A DNA stretch of 64,000 bases from Octopus sinensis (GCF_006345805.1 NC_043005.1:89280001-89344000); one strand, 5' to 3'. Counted from the stretch's first letter, positions 26,166 to 38,993 are shown. Notes: generated from the sequence alone by a model not told the origin. Program-made: numbers and translations.

Positions 26166-26384
26166 TTGAATGCGACAGCATATCTTCTTCACAGAAAGTG
26201 AATTGGTTGAACATTATAAAATGGTAAACCTTGAGATTGGTTTAACAAAGATAGACTTGTCTCATATAAAATAAATATCAATTTTCCCTGACACTGTTTT
26301 ATACTCCAGAGAATGTTGGATTAATGAAAAGAAAAGAGAGATTAGCAGATAAAGAGAAAGAAGGATGGGATTAACAAGTGAATT

Positions 26385-27105
26385 TTGTTGGTGAGTTTCT
26401 TAGGTGTTAGAGAGAGAGAGAGAGGTCAAATCTCAATGTGGAGAGACAATTGGATCCTTGAGGGGCTGTGATTGTGAAAGGCAGACAGACAGTTTGGTGC
26501 TGCCAGGCCTAAGTAGTGGTGTTTGGTCTGTGGCTGAAGTTTAGAACACTTTTGTCATCATATTCCTATTGAAAGACACTGACTTTGTTTTAATTAATTT
26601 TGAAAATAACGAAGAATTTCATTGTCCTTATTAAGCTGGTGTTTAGAGCCTAAATGAGGATGTCGTTTTGGGGGAAGGTTTTAATTGAAGTCACATTTCA
26701 CAAGTGGGAAGTTTATGTCATAGAACAAGGGACAGTTTCAGGTTGGTGGGGAGGGTATTAATAGAGTTAAGTTTGAAAACCTCTGTCAAAATGTCTCACA
26801 ACTTCTTTATGAGCTCAAACATTAAAATCTCAAGGATAGACCTATAATTCTATGTAGTCTCTGCTTCTACTTTACTGGTTTCTCATCTCACCAGGTGGAT
26901 TTTACCTTCCATTTCTCAACAATGGGTCTTTTTTGCTAATGAGGAGTCAGTGTCATTTTGTATTGATTTTTATAATGCTGTGGTGTTCAGTTGCAGACCA
27001 AACACTTCTTAGGCCTGGCAGCACCAATCTGTCTGTCTGATCTAATTGCCTCTCCCCATTGAGATTTGACCCCTCTCTCTCTAACACCTAAGAAACTCCC
27101 CAACA
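26385..27105. repeat. Inverted repeat with arms of about 120-150 bp
   Basis: gagtttcttaggtgttagagag...ggtgctgccaggcctaag...gtgtttggtctg pairs with cagaccaaacac...cttaggcctggcagcacc...ctctaacacctaagaaactc. Confidence 0.85.
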
Positions 27106-28014
27106 AATGCTAATGTATCAGTTCGTACAGAGATAGATTAACCGTTTAGCATTCAGATTACCCTGTCAAATGTGGCGGGCACCCCAATGGTTACGATCAC
27201 ACAGGTTCCAGTTGATCTGGTCAACAGAACAGCCTGCTTGGGAAATTAACATGGCTGAGTACTCCACAGACACGCATACACTTGACTCAGGGAGATTCAG
27301 ATTGAGACACAGCATGTAACAATTACTGGTACTACTCTGTTTTGCCAGCTGAATGGAGCGGAGCAATGTAAAATAAAGTGTCTTGCCCAAGAACACATCG
27401 CACTGCTGGGAATCGAACTCGCAACCTTACAATCCTGAGTTGAATATCCTCACCACCGAGCCATGACCCCTTCACATTGTTTTGAAGGAATCATGAATTA
27501 CCTCAGTTTTGAGATTTCAAGGACAATGTAGAGTAGGGGTGAGAGGCCAGATCTGGCCAGTTTGAAGAAAACCAGATGGAATATTTTAGCTAGAAATGGC
27601 TGGTTTAAATGCTAAAGAATTAAGAGACTTACCATGAAAAATTGAGGACAGTGGGGATGTCTGAAAGCAAGAAAGAATGTGTTTACCTGGGTGTCATAAA
27701 AACCATTTTCTAAGATATAAGTTAATGTCGTAAAGCATTTGGGAGAGTGTGCCAGTTTGTCAAAGATACGATTCCATGAAGATCTGGTGCTTCTTCATCA
27801 GTAACATGAGTTTGGGCAACTTGTGTGGTTTAGATGAAACAAAGCACATGCATTAGATTTGAACTCAGATCTCTTAAGCTAGCAACTCAACACTTTATCT
27901 GTTTGACCAGTTTCCTTTCACGGCAGAAAACCTGAAATCAATTTCTTTGCCTAGATGCTGCTACATGGGCAAAGTGTTTCTTCAAGTTACACACAAACAC
28001 ATGCTTGCATGCAC

Positions 28015-28017
<3 letters not shown>

Positions 28018-28080
<63 letters not shown>

Positions 28081-28127
28081 ACTCTCTCACTCTCTCCCTC
28101 CCTCCCTCTCTCTCCCTCCCTCCCTCT
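28018..28127. repeat. (CT)n/(CCCT)n microsatellite
   Basis: Directly visible. Confidence 0.95.
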
Positions 28128-28881
28128 GGTATGACTTGACTTTTATATAACATCCAAAATCAAATGTCACTTCTGTGAATTTTAATCAGTTAAAGTTGCA
28201 ATCTCAATATATTATCTGTACTTAGGTTTGCTAATTTTATGATAAAGGTCACAAGTTAAAAATCTTCTCATCATTATATCAGTGTGTCCTCAAACAAAAG
28301 ACACATTACTTGTTAAAATCTAGAGCAAAACTTTGAAAAATAATTTTTGTTAAAATGTTAAAACCCCCAACACTAAACTGAGAGTGACCTTGAAGGTAGG
28401 ACTACCTTCTTGCCGAGCACTGCTGCTGTTACTGCTGGTGGTGATGGTGATGGTGATGAAGCAGAGAAAGAGGAGAGAAAAAAGATGCATTTGTCCAAAT
28501 GTGAATTTATTTCTGGGATTTAGCTAATAGATGTTACCCACATTGGTAAATAATATTTTTTTTTTTGAAAGTCCATAAAGCACAGACACTAGAACTTAAA
28601 AGTAGATGCCAAGAATGGGAAATGTTGAAAGAAATGCAAGACTCCACAGGTAATCTGTGTTGGCCTGTAGATGCGAGTTCTGGTGCTAATTGCAGGAAAT
28701 GTCAAGAAGATGTTTGGAGCTTTTCCCCAAAATACACATACTGTGTACAACCTACAAATGGATGGAGGGAGTTTGACTGAGATCCATGCTACTACTGTAG
28801 CAACTGATGAGCTGCTAGAGGAACATATAAGGGGTTGCTTGACACAGTAACACACATGTTTAAATATATGTGTGTGTGTAT

Positions 28882-29068
28882 GTGTGCCACTGGCACGTAA
28901 AAAGCAACCACTACACTCTCAGACTGGTTGGTGTTAGGAAGGGCATCCAGCTGTAGAAGTCTTGCCAGATCAGATTGGAGCCTGGTGCAGCATCCTGGGT
29001 TCCCAGACCCTAGTTGAACCGTCCAACCCATGCCAGCATGGAAAACAGACATTAAACGATGATGATGG
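28882..29068 (+). mobile_element. RTE 3' end copy
   Basis: Shared terminal sequence and (GAT)n. Similar copies lie at about 34988-35175(-), 40380-40530(-), 41135-41310(-), 41990-42165(+), 57915-58030(+) and 62975-63195(+). Confidence 0.8.
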
Positions 29069-29759
29069 TCATGATATATATATATGCACATACATATATC
29101 TGTCCACTGATTTATATATTTTTATAGATATATACACACACATTCATTTGCCCACTAACCTACACACATATATCTACCTAGTGACCCATACACACATACA
29201 CACACATACATATATGGGTCAAGGGCAGACAACAACTAGTGGGTCACTTGGCATCAGTGATGGAAACAGCAACTTATGTTATACAGTGGAATCTGGTAAG
29301 GTATCAACAAAGAAGATTATGGCCAACAGATAATGTGGTGGAATGGGATGGGAGTGAAGAGATGATACTATTGTTCTGTCATCCACTCTTGCATATAATC
29401 AGTAATAATAATAACAAATAATAACAATCATAATTTGCATAACGGACCCATTCAATAAGCTTGGGTATCTTTTTAACTGCTTTGTTACCATAAAACTTTA
29501 TGCTTTCAACTTTATCTCCATGTTGTCACTGTACATGTTTATTTATTTTCATTGGAAATGTTAAATCGCACTAATTATACAACAATAAATGGTTTTTCTG
29601 TGTTGTGGGCCATTTTCGTTGTCTGTTTAGGAGAGAAGGTCTTTTTTATTATTTTTTTTTCTGTTTTTATTTGTTGTTCATTTGTTTATTCATTGATTTG
29701 ACATTTCTAAGAAGTGTCATCTCTTTATTTGACTCACTGCATTTTTGTCTTTTACACAG

Positions 29760-29869
29760 CTTCTATCTACCGTATTGGAAGTGCTCAGTCGGACAGCAGT
29801 GGTTATGTAGAATCTGACAGTCTGGTGGAGCCACCAATGTCCTATCTTGATGCATTGTCAGCCAATGAT
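29760..29869 (+). CDS. ITPRID2: ITPRID-like exon with the QSDSSG motif
   Basis: tttacacag/ acceptor; SIYRIGSAQSDSSGYVESDSLVEPPMSYLDALSAND; /gtaatt donor. Confidence 0.85.
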
Positions 29870-30683
29870 GTAATTATGGGATTTTTTTTTACTTTCTTCT
29901 TTCATTTAAAACAAAAAAATTTATTTTACAGACTAAATTAATATTAATCGATGTTTTAATTTTATTTCAGATTCTGTCTTTAATCATTTTTGTTTTGTTG
30001 CTAACTGTCGCCCCACATCATCATCGTTGTCATCATTAAACTTAATTTTGTGTCTGTTGTTCCCTGAGTAGCCCTAATCGTCCCCCTGCATCATCTCCAC
30101 CTCTTTTCCACCTGACCCTTGCTTTACCCCTTATGTACATGCTACTCCCTTCACAATGGTAACGGTTAATCCTGTAAGCTCCCAAACTGCTGCTTATGTC
30201 ATTAAAAACAAGAAATATATCCAGGTTTATATTGAATACACACCAGGTATACACATGCATCTGCACCTAGCCATGCACATACACACACACTCACACTTGC
30301 ACAAATTTGTCTGTCTCACTCTCTTCTATAATATAAATTGGACATGGGCGATCATTGTATTCTTTCTTGTCTTGAGGTTCACAGGCAAACGGTTGGGTGG
30401 ATTCGCATGAAAAATGGCACACATGTGGAGACGGGTGCATAGATTGGAATGCGGCTTGTATTTTTTTCCTAGACCCCATAGTTACTGAGAAAATTGATTA
30501 AAACTTTTCTAATGGAATTCCCCACTTTCTTCCACCATTAAAACACCCAGTTGCTTAGAAGCTGTTTTCTGACGTGGTGGGGTTAGGAAATTTTCATACA
30601 GCTGGAGGCTCCAATCGAAACAGGGGACCCGAAATGATAAGGTTGAGAAACGCTGTTATAGATTATGCCTAACCGAAAATGAT

Positions 30684-30733
30684 CACAGCCTCATCATCCA
30701 AACAGACCGGGTGAAACCGGACTTAGCTGCTAG
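30684..30733 (+). mobile_element. Helitron-like 3' terminus
   Basis: acagcctcatcatccaaacagaccgggtgaaaccggacttagctgCTAG|t. Confidence 0.6.
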
Positions 30734-30844
30734 TCACATATATAACAAACATTGTATCTCTCTACTCTCTCTCGTCTCTCTGCCTGTCTGTTTGTTTCTT
30801 TCCCAGCAAAGATGTCCACTCTCATCTTATCTTGTATCTTCCAG

Positions 30845-31582
30845 GTTGGCGATCGAGGAGCTTATGACAGCAGTGAAGCCATCCATGGAGGAATCTGCAA
30901 ACGACTCAGCATCAATTCAGATACAACAGTCAAAGACCTTGCTGCTTCTTCATCTTCATCTTCTTCACAGTGTCCTTGTGATAAATCTGTTGGCACTGAA
31001 CAAATCTTTAAGTCTGACCGGGCTGTTTCTACTGACCCCTTCCCAAAACAAACCATGGCCAGTCAGACGGACACCTGTTGTTTCTGTTCTTGGTGTGCTA
31101 GCCCCAACCAAGTTTGTGCACATCTACACTCTTCCGTACCTTACCAGACTACAGTTCCTACTGCATACGGTATGTCTCTCCACATCGATGCCTCAAATAA
31201 TTTCTCCCCCATAACAGACCCGACTTCAGGAACGAGCCCTCGCTCGGCGAGCAAAAAGGAAACTTCTGTTCTCAATTTGTTCATCTCTGACGGAAATATT
31301 TTGTTCTGTGATAATGATTCTAACAATAATCAAAAATGGAAAGATGATGATGTTGATGGTTCTACAAGATCAGGTTGCAGTTACAGGGAGCTGGAATCCA
31401 CTGGAACTAATCAGCCGGAGAGTCAACTCTGTAAGGGACATCAGAACTACCATTATAAAGATACTGATTCGCCATTTGGTCTGCTGAGTAGTCGTTCCGT
31501 AAGCTGGAGAGAAGAGACAAGCAAAAATGTGATAGAATACAGAAAACTTTTAAAACTCACGAATCGGAAGACATTTATACAA
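30845..31582 (+). CDS. ITPRID2: ITPRID-like exon, Ser/Thr-rich
   Basis: cttccag/ acceptor; open frame of ORF 30752..31594 (VGDRGAY...RKTFIQ); caa/gtaagt donor; phase 0-0. Confidence 0.85.
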
Positions 31583-31654
31583 GTAAGTTGGTAATATCTT
31601 TGATTTGTGTACATGTGGCACATCCATATGCAAGTGTGTGTGTGTGTGTGTGTG

Positions 31655-32030
31655 CATCGTTCTTTTTCTTGGGGCACCACCTTGAAGAATTCTGAGTCAA
31701 TCGAATCAAGCCCAGAGCTTATTTTTTTAAACCCCAATACTTATTCTATTGGTTTCTTTTGTTGAACTGCTAAGTTACAGGAACATAAAACACACCAACA
31801 TCTGTTGACAAGCAGTGATGGGGCACAAACACAGACTCAAAGACACACACACACACACGATGGACTTCTTTCAGTTGCCATCCACTGAATTCACTCACAT
31901 GGCTTTGATCAGCTTGAGGCTATAATAAAAGACACTTGTCCAAAGTGCCATACATTCCACACAATGGGACTGAACCCAGAACCGTGTGGTTGGGAAGCAA
32001 ACTTCTTACCATACAGCCAAGCCTGTGCCT
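31655..32030 (-). mobile_element. SINE family A
   Basis: Reverse-complement copy containing gggactgaacc and acacttg.ccaa. Confidence 0.8.
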
Positions 32031-32583
32031 ATAATGTTGACTTCTAACCTAGACACAAAGCCACAAATCTTAGAAAAGAGAGAAGTCAATGAAATCAACC
32101 CCAGTATTTGTCTGGTATTTATTTTACCAGCTCTTGAAAGATCAAGAGCAAAATCCGTTTCAGTAGGAAAATAGGAAGGACATAACCTGTGGCCTTTTTG
32201 TAGAAATTCAACAAAATAATTTTTATGTGTCAGTGCAGCACTGGGGTTGATGTGACTGGTCCTTGCTACAATGTGTAGCCTTCAGCTTATGTTATAAATC
32301 AATTATATTATTAATGTACCAAGTTGGCAGAATCGTTAGCATGCCAGGCAAATTATTTAACAGCATTACATTCATCTTTATGTTCTGAGTTCAAATTCCG
32401 TTGAGGTCAACTTTGCCTTTCATCCTTTCAGGGCCAATAAAATAAGTACCAGTTGAATACTGGGGTTGATGTAATTGACTTGACCCCCTCCTTGAAACTA
32501 CTGGCCTTGTGCCAAAATTTGAAATCAGTATTATAAGATAATGACTAAGTAAAGTTTTTTTTTTCTTTTATTTCTGTTTCTAG

Positions 32584-32661
32584 TCTTTTGTAAATAATCC
32601 GTTCCTGCCATACACTCCTCGTGTCAAAATTGAAATTTGGGCAGAAAAACCAATCAACACG
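32584..32661 (+). CDS. ITPRID2: ITPRID-like 78-nt symmetric exon (SFVNNPFLPYTPRVKIEIWAEKPINT)
   Basis: Strong pyrimidine tract and tttctag/ acceptor; acg/gtaaat donor; phase 0-0, no stops. Confidence 0.7.
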
Positions 32662-32814
32662 GTAAATATAGTTGGTTTCTTCCTTTTTTGTTGTATACAG
32701 TTTTAAAAAAATGTAATTTTTGAGTGTCTCTCTGCCTGTGTTTATGTATTTGCGTGTGTCTACATGCAGCCCCTATGCATAAATGATGTATGCCTTGTGT
32801 TACCTTTTTCTATC

Positions 32815-33200
32815 CTCTTTGCTGAGGGTCAGGGACCATGAATACATTCCTCTCCATCAATTTCTACCTGTGGCCATGGATTACATTCAGCCAGTGATCA
32901 AATGGTCCATTCCTTGATATCATCCAGCTAGCATCTTCTCAATTTCCCCCCTTTTTTTGTTTCCCATTGACTCTTCCTCTTAGGATGTGGGCCCTGATGA
33001 TATGCCCAGAATCCTGCTGCTTTCTCTTCCTAACAGTTGCTAAAAATTCTCTTTTTGTTCCCATTTCTTCAAGTACTAACTTGTTTGTTCAATGGTCAGT
33101 CCAGCTGATCCTTGGAACTCTTTGGTTCCAAATACTTTGAGTTTGGCAATGTCGTTTGTTCTTAGGGTCCAGCTTTCACATCCTTACAGTGCAACAGATT
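32815..33200 (-). mobile_element. Degenerate RTE/BovB-type LINE 3' fragment
   Basis: Reverse strand reads AL*GCESWTL near 33190-33163, then a RISWTD-like motif and GHIIR. Confidence 0.6.
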
Positions 33201-33887
33201 GTATGGATGGACAGATGGACCTACCATAATTCAATCAGGTGTGAGAAAAAAAGCATGAACATCACAACATCCACAGTTCAACTTAATTATAATTATGAAG
33301 CTTGTGATAAAACAATTTAGGGATCGAGTTTGTTGTTGTCATACATATTATCCAGGAAAATCCAGAATCTTTATGAAATGATCATCCTCTTTTAATGTCC
33401 ATGTACGCTGCTGGTATGGGTTGACAGTTTGAGAGAATCCCCTGGGTCTGAAAACTGCATCATGCCCCAGTCTCTGCTTGAGCATTGTCTCTAGAGCTGG
33501 ATGTCCTTCATAACACCAACCCCTTCACAGGGTGGACTGGAGACATTTTTCATGGCACCAGCACTAATGAGGTTGCCACAAGTCTTGCAATGCTATGAGC
33601 CCTGAGGGAACCGGTTTTATATGAGAAGATGAAGGACAAAAATGGGTAAAAGTATGCGAGACAGGGCCAGAGCAGAGGAGCTACATGGCTTCTCACATTT
33701 TAGAAGAGAGGGTGGGAAAAACCAGGATGTAGCCAGAGGGTTAAAATTGTGGTAATGATGTGTCAAGGAGGACTTAAGTACAAAGTCTTTTTATTTAATC
33801 ACGTTTTAGGTTTGAAAACTTGTGTGTGTGTGTTGTTTGTTTTGTTTTGTTTTGAAACACCTAAACATCCTGGCAATTTAATTGCAG

Positions 33888-34015
33888 CACCTGCAGGAAG
33901 AGAACCAGCTAATGCAACATGCTGTTCAACGTTATAAGTTTGATTTACAAATAATAGAAAGTACTTTTTTATCCTGTTATAACCACATGGCTGAGTTGTT
34001 ATCTGACGAGGAGAC
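33888..34015 (+). CDS. ITPRID2: ITPRID-like exon, start of SSFA2_C-like coiled coil
   Basis: ttgcag/ acceptor; HLQEENQLMQHAVQRYKFDLQIIESTFLSCYNHMAELLSDEE; ac/gtaagt donor (phase 2) matches the next exon. An in-frame alternative acceptor lies 9 nt downstream. Confidence 0.82.
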
Positions 34016-34356
34016 GTAAGTGGCTTTCTGTCTTCCTTCTTTCCGTCTTTCATTTTTATCTTTTATCTCTTGAAATTTCTCTGCCTTGCGCTGGAGCTTA
34101 TCTATGTTTCCAGTATGTTGTGTGAATGTGCTTTATCTCTAAAGCCCTAGGATGGTGGAGTGGTGGAGCATTTAGTGATGTTATCAAGAAAATCTATTAC
34201 TGAATAGAAAATTGTCTTCCAGGTAAAAGCTATTCCTGGTAACTCAGTGAAGTGAAGCAGTGCAGAACAAATTGTTGCCCAACTCAGGAATCATTAGCTT
34301 AATTAACTCTTAATCCATGTGACTGTTTTGCCATTGTATTATTATTATTATTATTC

Positions 34357-34527
34357 AGTAGCTTTATTTTTATAATGTGCTTTCACTTCACTACCGAGCA
34401 CAGCTCTGTGCACCTTGGGTATGTGCTGTGGTTTGCTGTGATGCTGTAAACCACAGCACATACCCAAGGCACTCAGAGCTGTGCTCGGTAGTGAAGTGAA
34501 AGCTCGTTATGAAATATAAAACTACTA
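34357..34527. repeat. Near-perfect hairpin (arms about 78 bp, 13-nt loop)
   Basis: gctttcacttcactaccgagcacagctctg...gtgctgtggttt pairs with aaaccacagcac...cagagctgtgctcggtagtgaagtgaaagc. Confidence 0.92.
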
Positions 34528-35615
34528 CTACTACTACTATTATTATCATTATTATTATTATTCTTTTAATATAAAATATAAAAGCTGTTGCAAATTGCAA
34601 GGAATCAGCTACATATTTCATGGTACCTTATCTAGTTTCTTAAAGAAGTCTGGCTCGTTAGAGGCTGGGGTGTTAATTTAGTCTCATTAGCAATAATATC
34701 AATTAATACAGATTCATATATCAGTCACCTTTTTCCAAGAAGTGTTCTTCTTAGTAATCAAGGTGTGTTGGAATATTTTTTAGTTGAATTAAAAGAAGAC
34801 ACCTTGCTGAGATTCTTCATACCTGAGACAACTATCCACCACACAATCTTAAGACAAAAAGACACACACATGTATCTGTGTGTGTGTGTGTGTCTGTAGG
34901 TATCAACAAGTCACTCATCAATGATGTTGCACTTTACCCCTGCCTCATCAAAACCTCAAGACAAGCTGTAACTACTTTTGTTGCTTATCATCATCATCAT
35001 CATCATAATAGAATTTCGTTTTCCTTGCTGGCATGGATTGGATGGTTTGACAGGAGCTGGCAAGGCTGGAGGGCTGCACCAGGCTCCACTTGTCTGTTCT
35101 AGCACGGTTTCTATAGCTGGATGCCCTTCCTAATGCCAACCACTTTACAGAGTGGGCTGGGTGCTTTTTACGTAGTAACATAACTGACAGCATCACCAAG
35201 TACCTTACAAGACAAAACCCCTTCAACTAGGAGGTGGTGGGGTAGTATTCAGTGGGTGTGGTTTTGTGCCTGTTGAGAGATTAAAGGTGTGGCGGGGACA
35301 GATAATGGTGTCTTGCTGTAGAATAAATACATGGATATCCCAACTGGAGCACAAAGGAGAATGAGTTGGAGGTTAAGTAAAACATTAAGAACCAAATACG
35401 CTTTACTAAGACTAAACCACAATGCAATTGATGGGATTTGAGCTCTTCACCTTTCCTTCTGCAGACTGCTTTTTGTAGGAACTCTACTAGCTGTGTACAA
35501 AAATGTTGATTGTAGTTAAACTTGATTGCAATTTATAAGCAGGGCTTTTCAGCCGATCTGTCACTTCTTTCAACGTTGATTGTTAAACAAATGTTTATGT
35601 CTGTCACGTTTCTAG

Positions 35616-35763
35616 GTTAATGATGGACGAACTGTATGAGTTGTGGACAGCTGTTAACATTGAGGTTGGTCATCTCGAGAAACTGTTAGCTGAACGACAA
35701 TATTTTGTGAGGAATGGAAGCAGTCAACTGACCACTTTGACATCACTCCAGGTTATTCCGTTG
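35616..35763 (+). CDS. ITPRID2: ITPRID-like exon, SSFA2_C-like domain
   Basis: tttctag/ (phase 2); LMMDELYELWTAVNIEVGHLEKLLAERQYFVRNGSSQLTTLTSLQVIPL; /gtaagt donor. Confidence 0.85.
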
Positions 35764-36009
35764 GTAAGTCAGTAGCAATTTGTATTTAAATGACTGCTGG
35801 TTTGTTATTGGTTGTCCTTTAATTGTATTTAGCTTCAAGGTTTGTAAAACAGGCTTAGGGGATCAAATCTTACCAAAGTAGTTATAGACATGTAAAATAC
35901 AGTACATTAGAAAAATGTAAATTTTAGTTCTTAGGATATATAAAATGAAGGAAAAAAATGTAGTATTATTTACATTTGATGGATATTTGTCCTCATTTTG
36001 ATTATTGTT

Positions 36010-36055
36010 AATACAACGTTTCGGCTAATATACCCTCCAGCCTTCATCAGCTGTC
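36010..36055 (-). ncRNA. Minimal hammerhead ribozyme motif; core intact, stem I weakened
   Basis: Reverse complement reads gacag-CTGATGA-aggctggagggtatattagcc-GAAACGTT-gtatt. Confidence 0.65.
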
Positions 36056-36111
36056 TTGGGAGAATTTCAAACCTGGGTTCCCATTCCTAAGGTAAATTTT
36101 CGATGTTGTTG

Positions 36112-36155
<44 letters not shown>

Positions 36156-36343
36156 GTTATTATTCAGGTCACTGCTTGGAATCAAACTCAGAATCTTGGG
36201 GTTAAGAGTGTGGGCTACTAATCCCAAGATTCTGACTTTGATTCCAAGCAGTGGCCTGAATAATAATAATATTAATAATAACAACAACAACAACATCGAA
36301 AAATACCTTAGGAATGAGAACCCAGGTTTGAAATTTCCCCCAA

Positions 36344-36389
36344 GACACCTGAAGAAGGCTGGAGGGTATATCAGCCGAAACATTGTGTT
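36344..36389 (+). ncRNA. Minimal type I hammerhead ribozyme motif (Penelope-type); stem III altered
   Basis: gacac-CTGAAGA-a-ggctgg(agggtata)tcagcc-GAAA-catt-gtgtt. Stems I and II pair. The other three copies have the ACGT stem III. Confidence 0.7.
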
Positions 36390-37724
36390 AACAACAAACA
36401 AGATGAGGACAAATATCCGTCAAATGTAAATAATGTACATAATGTGGTCCTAATGTATCCTAAATATAGTGTCTGACTCTGATGACTAGGCACTCCATTG
36501 GTTCTGGATGACGAGTGTTCCAGTTGATCTGATCAACAAAGTAGACTACTTGTGAAATTGACATGCAAATGGCTGAGTATACCACAGACATGCATACCCT
36601 TTGCGTTGTTATCAGGGAAATTGAACCTGATACAAAATGTGACAACTCAGCTTTGAACCTGATACAAAATGGTACAACTCATTTTTGCCAGCTGAGTGGA
36701 CTGGAGCAAGTTGAAATAAAGTGTCTTGCCCAAGGACACAATGTACCACCAGGAATTGAACTAGTGACTTTATAATTGTGAGCCAAACCCCGTAACCACC
36801 AAGCCATACACCTTTACTAATATGTCCTGAATATAGTGTCTGGAGCAGCTGACATAACATCGATTTCTTCAGTCCAAGAACAGTTTTGGGAGGCAGACAT
36901 TAAAGCTTGATTGAGTCTTAATAGATTTCTGGTGGTTAATTTATTTACCCTGGATTCATTAAATACCAAATTGATGCTGGTAGGATTTGAACTCTGAATG
37001 TTTGGGGAAAAAACTAAACACTATCAAAAGAATTAATTCTTTTATGTGTGTGTAGCATTGCTAACTATGGTAAACCTTCTTTACACCATGGCAGAGTACA
37101 AAGACGGTTCCTGTTGCTTTCCTTCAGGCTTTTCCCCCACAAGACACCTTCCTATTAGTTAAATATTGCTTTCAAATTTTGGCACAAGGCCAGCAATGCT
37201 TGCAGAGGAGGTAAGTCGATTACATGGACCCCAGTGCTCAACTGACCCTTATTTTATTGACTGTCCCCTATACTCCCTACCCACTCAGATACATTAATTC
37301 TATCAAATCAACAGAAATCAATAATTTTCTATCCAAGCTTCGTGCATAAACGAAGGGGTTCAGTTTTGATATTTCGAAGGAAGATTAAATACAAGACAGT
37401 TGACCCAGTAAGCAGGGCCTTAAATTCATGAGTGAACTGTAAAACTATAGTGAGGACGGACCCAAAATGGTGCATGGTTTCTCCTGATGACCCCGGAAAC
37501 CTACTGCTATTCATTATGCAAAGCTTTTGATTGACACTACTTAATCAAGCAAGCAGTTTGCAATTTTTTTTAATCTCTCAAAAACCATCAGTTGGAGTTG
37601 TCTTCCCCTGATCTCTCTGGCATTAGTTCTGCAGTGATGGGTTTGTCTCTGACTCAAACTAATTTTTTAAATGGAAGCAGATTAAATAATCCTTGGGCTT
37701 TAGATTTGTAAAAACCAATTCTTT

Positions 37725-37910
37725 CTTTTTATTCTTTTACTTGTTTCAGTCATTTGACTGCAGCCATGCTGGAGCACTGCCTTTAGTCGAACAAATCGAC
37801 CCTAGGACTTATTCTTTGTTAGCCTAGTACTTATTCTATCAGTCTTTTTTGCCAAACCGCTAAGTTACGGGGACGTAAACACACCTGCATCAGTTGTCTA
37901 GCGATATTGG

Positions 37911-37982
<72 letters not shown>

Positions 37983-38574
37983 GATGGGCTTCTTTCAGTT
38001 TCCATTTACCAAATCCACTCACAAGGCTTTGGTTGGCCCAAGGCTATAGTACAAGACACTTGCCCAAGTTGTCATGCAGTGGGACTGAACCCGGAGCCAT
38101 GTGGTTGGTAACCAAACTACTTACCAAACAGTCACTCTTGCGCCTATTTTATATATATATATACTCTTTTACTCTTTTTTACTCTTTTACTTGTTTCAGT
38201 CATTTGACTGTGGCCATGCTGGAGCACCGCCTTTAGTCGAGCAAATCGACCCCGGGACTTATTCTTTGTAAGCCCAGTACTTATTTTATCGGTCTCTTTT
38301 GCTGAACCGCTAAGTGACGGGGACGTAAACACACCACCATCGGTTGTCAAGCAATGTTAGGGGGACAAACACAGACACACAAACACACATACATATATAT
38401 ATACATATATACGACAGGCTTCTTTCAGTTTCCATCTACCAAATCCACTCACAAGGCATTGGTCAGCCCGGGGCTATAGCAGAAGACATTTGCCCAAGAT
38501 GCCACGCAGTGGGACTGAACCTGGAACCATGTGGTTGGTTAGCAAGCTACTTACCACACAGCCACTCCTGCGCC
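37725..38574 (-). mobile_element. Two head-to-tail SINE family A copies (about 37725-38144 and 38180-38574)
   Basis: Direct repeat starting cttttacttgtttcagtcatttgactg; internal (TA)n/(CA)n; heads end in cgcct next to (TA)n. Confidence 0.9.
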
Positions 38575-38993
38575 TATATATATTTATATATATATATTTT
38601 TTTAACAAGATATTACATTTCATACACTGACTTTATGTCCACTCAGAATTATGAATCTTAATGAAATAATTAACTCAAAATATATTCTATCATTATTGTA
38701 CTTCATTGTGTCTGTCCCCTTCTCTTTGTTACTTTTTCTTCTTTATTTCCTATTTCCATCCCCTATACCAGGATTTCTGCCTGTCATAAAACAGTATAAT
38801 TTTTATATTTCTCATAAGTATGGGAAACAACCCTGGACATATTTCATTTTGTTCTAACCTCATCAGCAAAGCATGATTTTTTTTTTTCTTCTCCTGATAT
38901 TTATTAAAATAAATATGTTACCAGTAAATGACTTGCTTACTTGTCATTGAAAGTCTCTCAGTTTTAATTCTAACATTTCTTTCTCTTTTGCAG

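Larger units (their letters stand above)
35965..36443. mobile_element. Penelope-like terminal palindrome, same family as 24139-24995
   Basis: Near-perfect ~480-bp inverted repeat centred in the tRNA-like segment; arms match 24775-24995. Confidence 0.8.
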
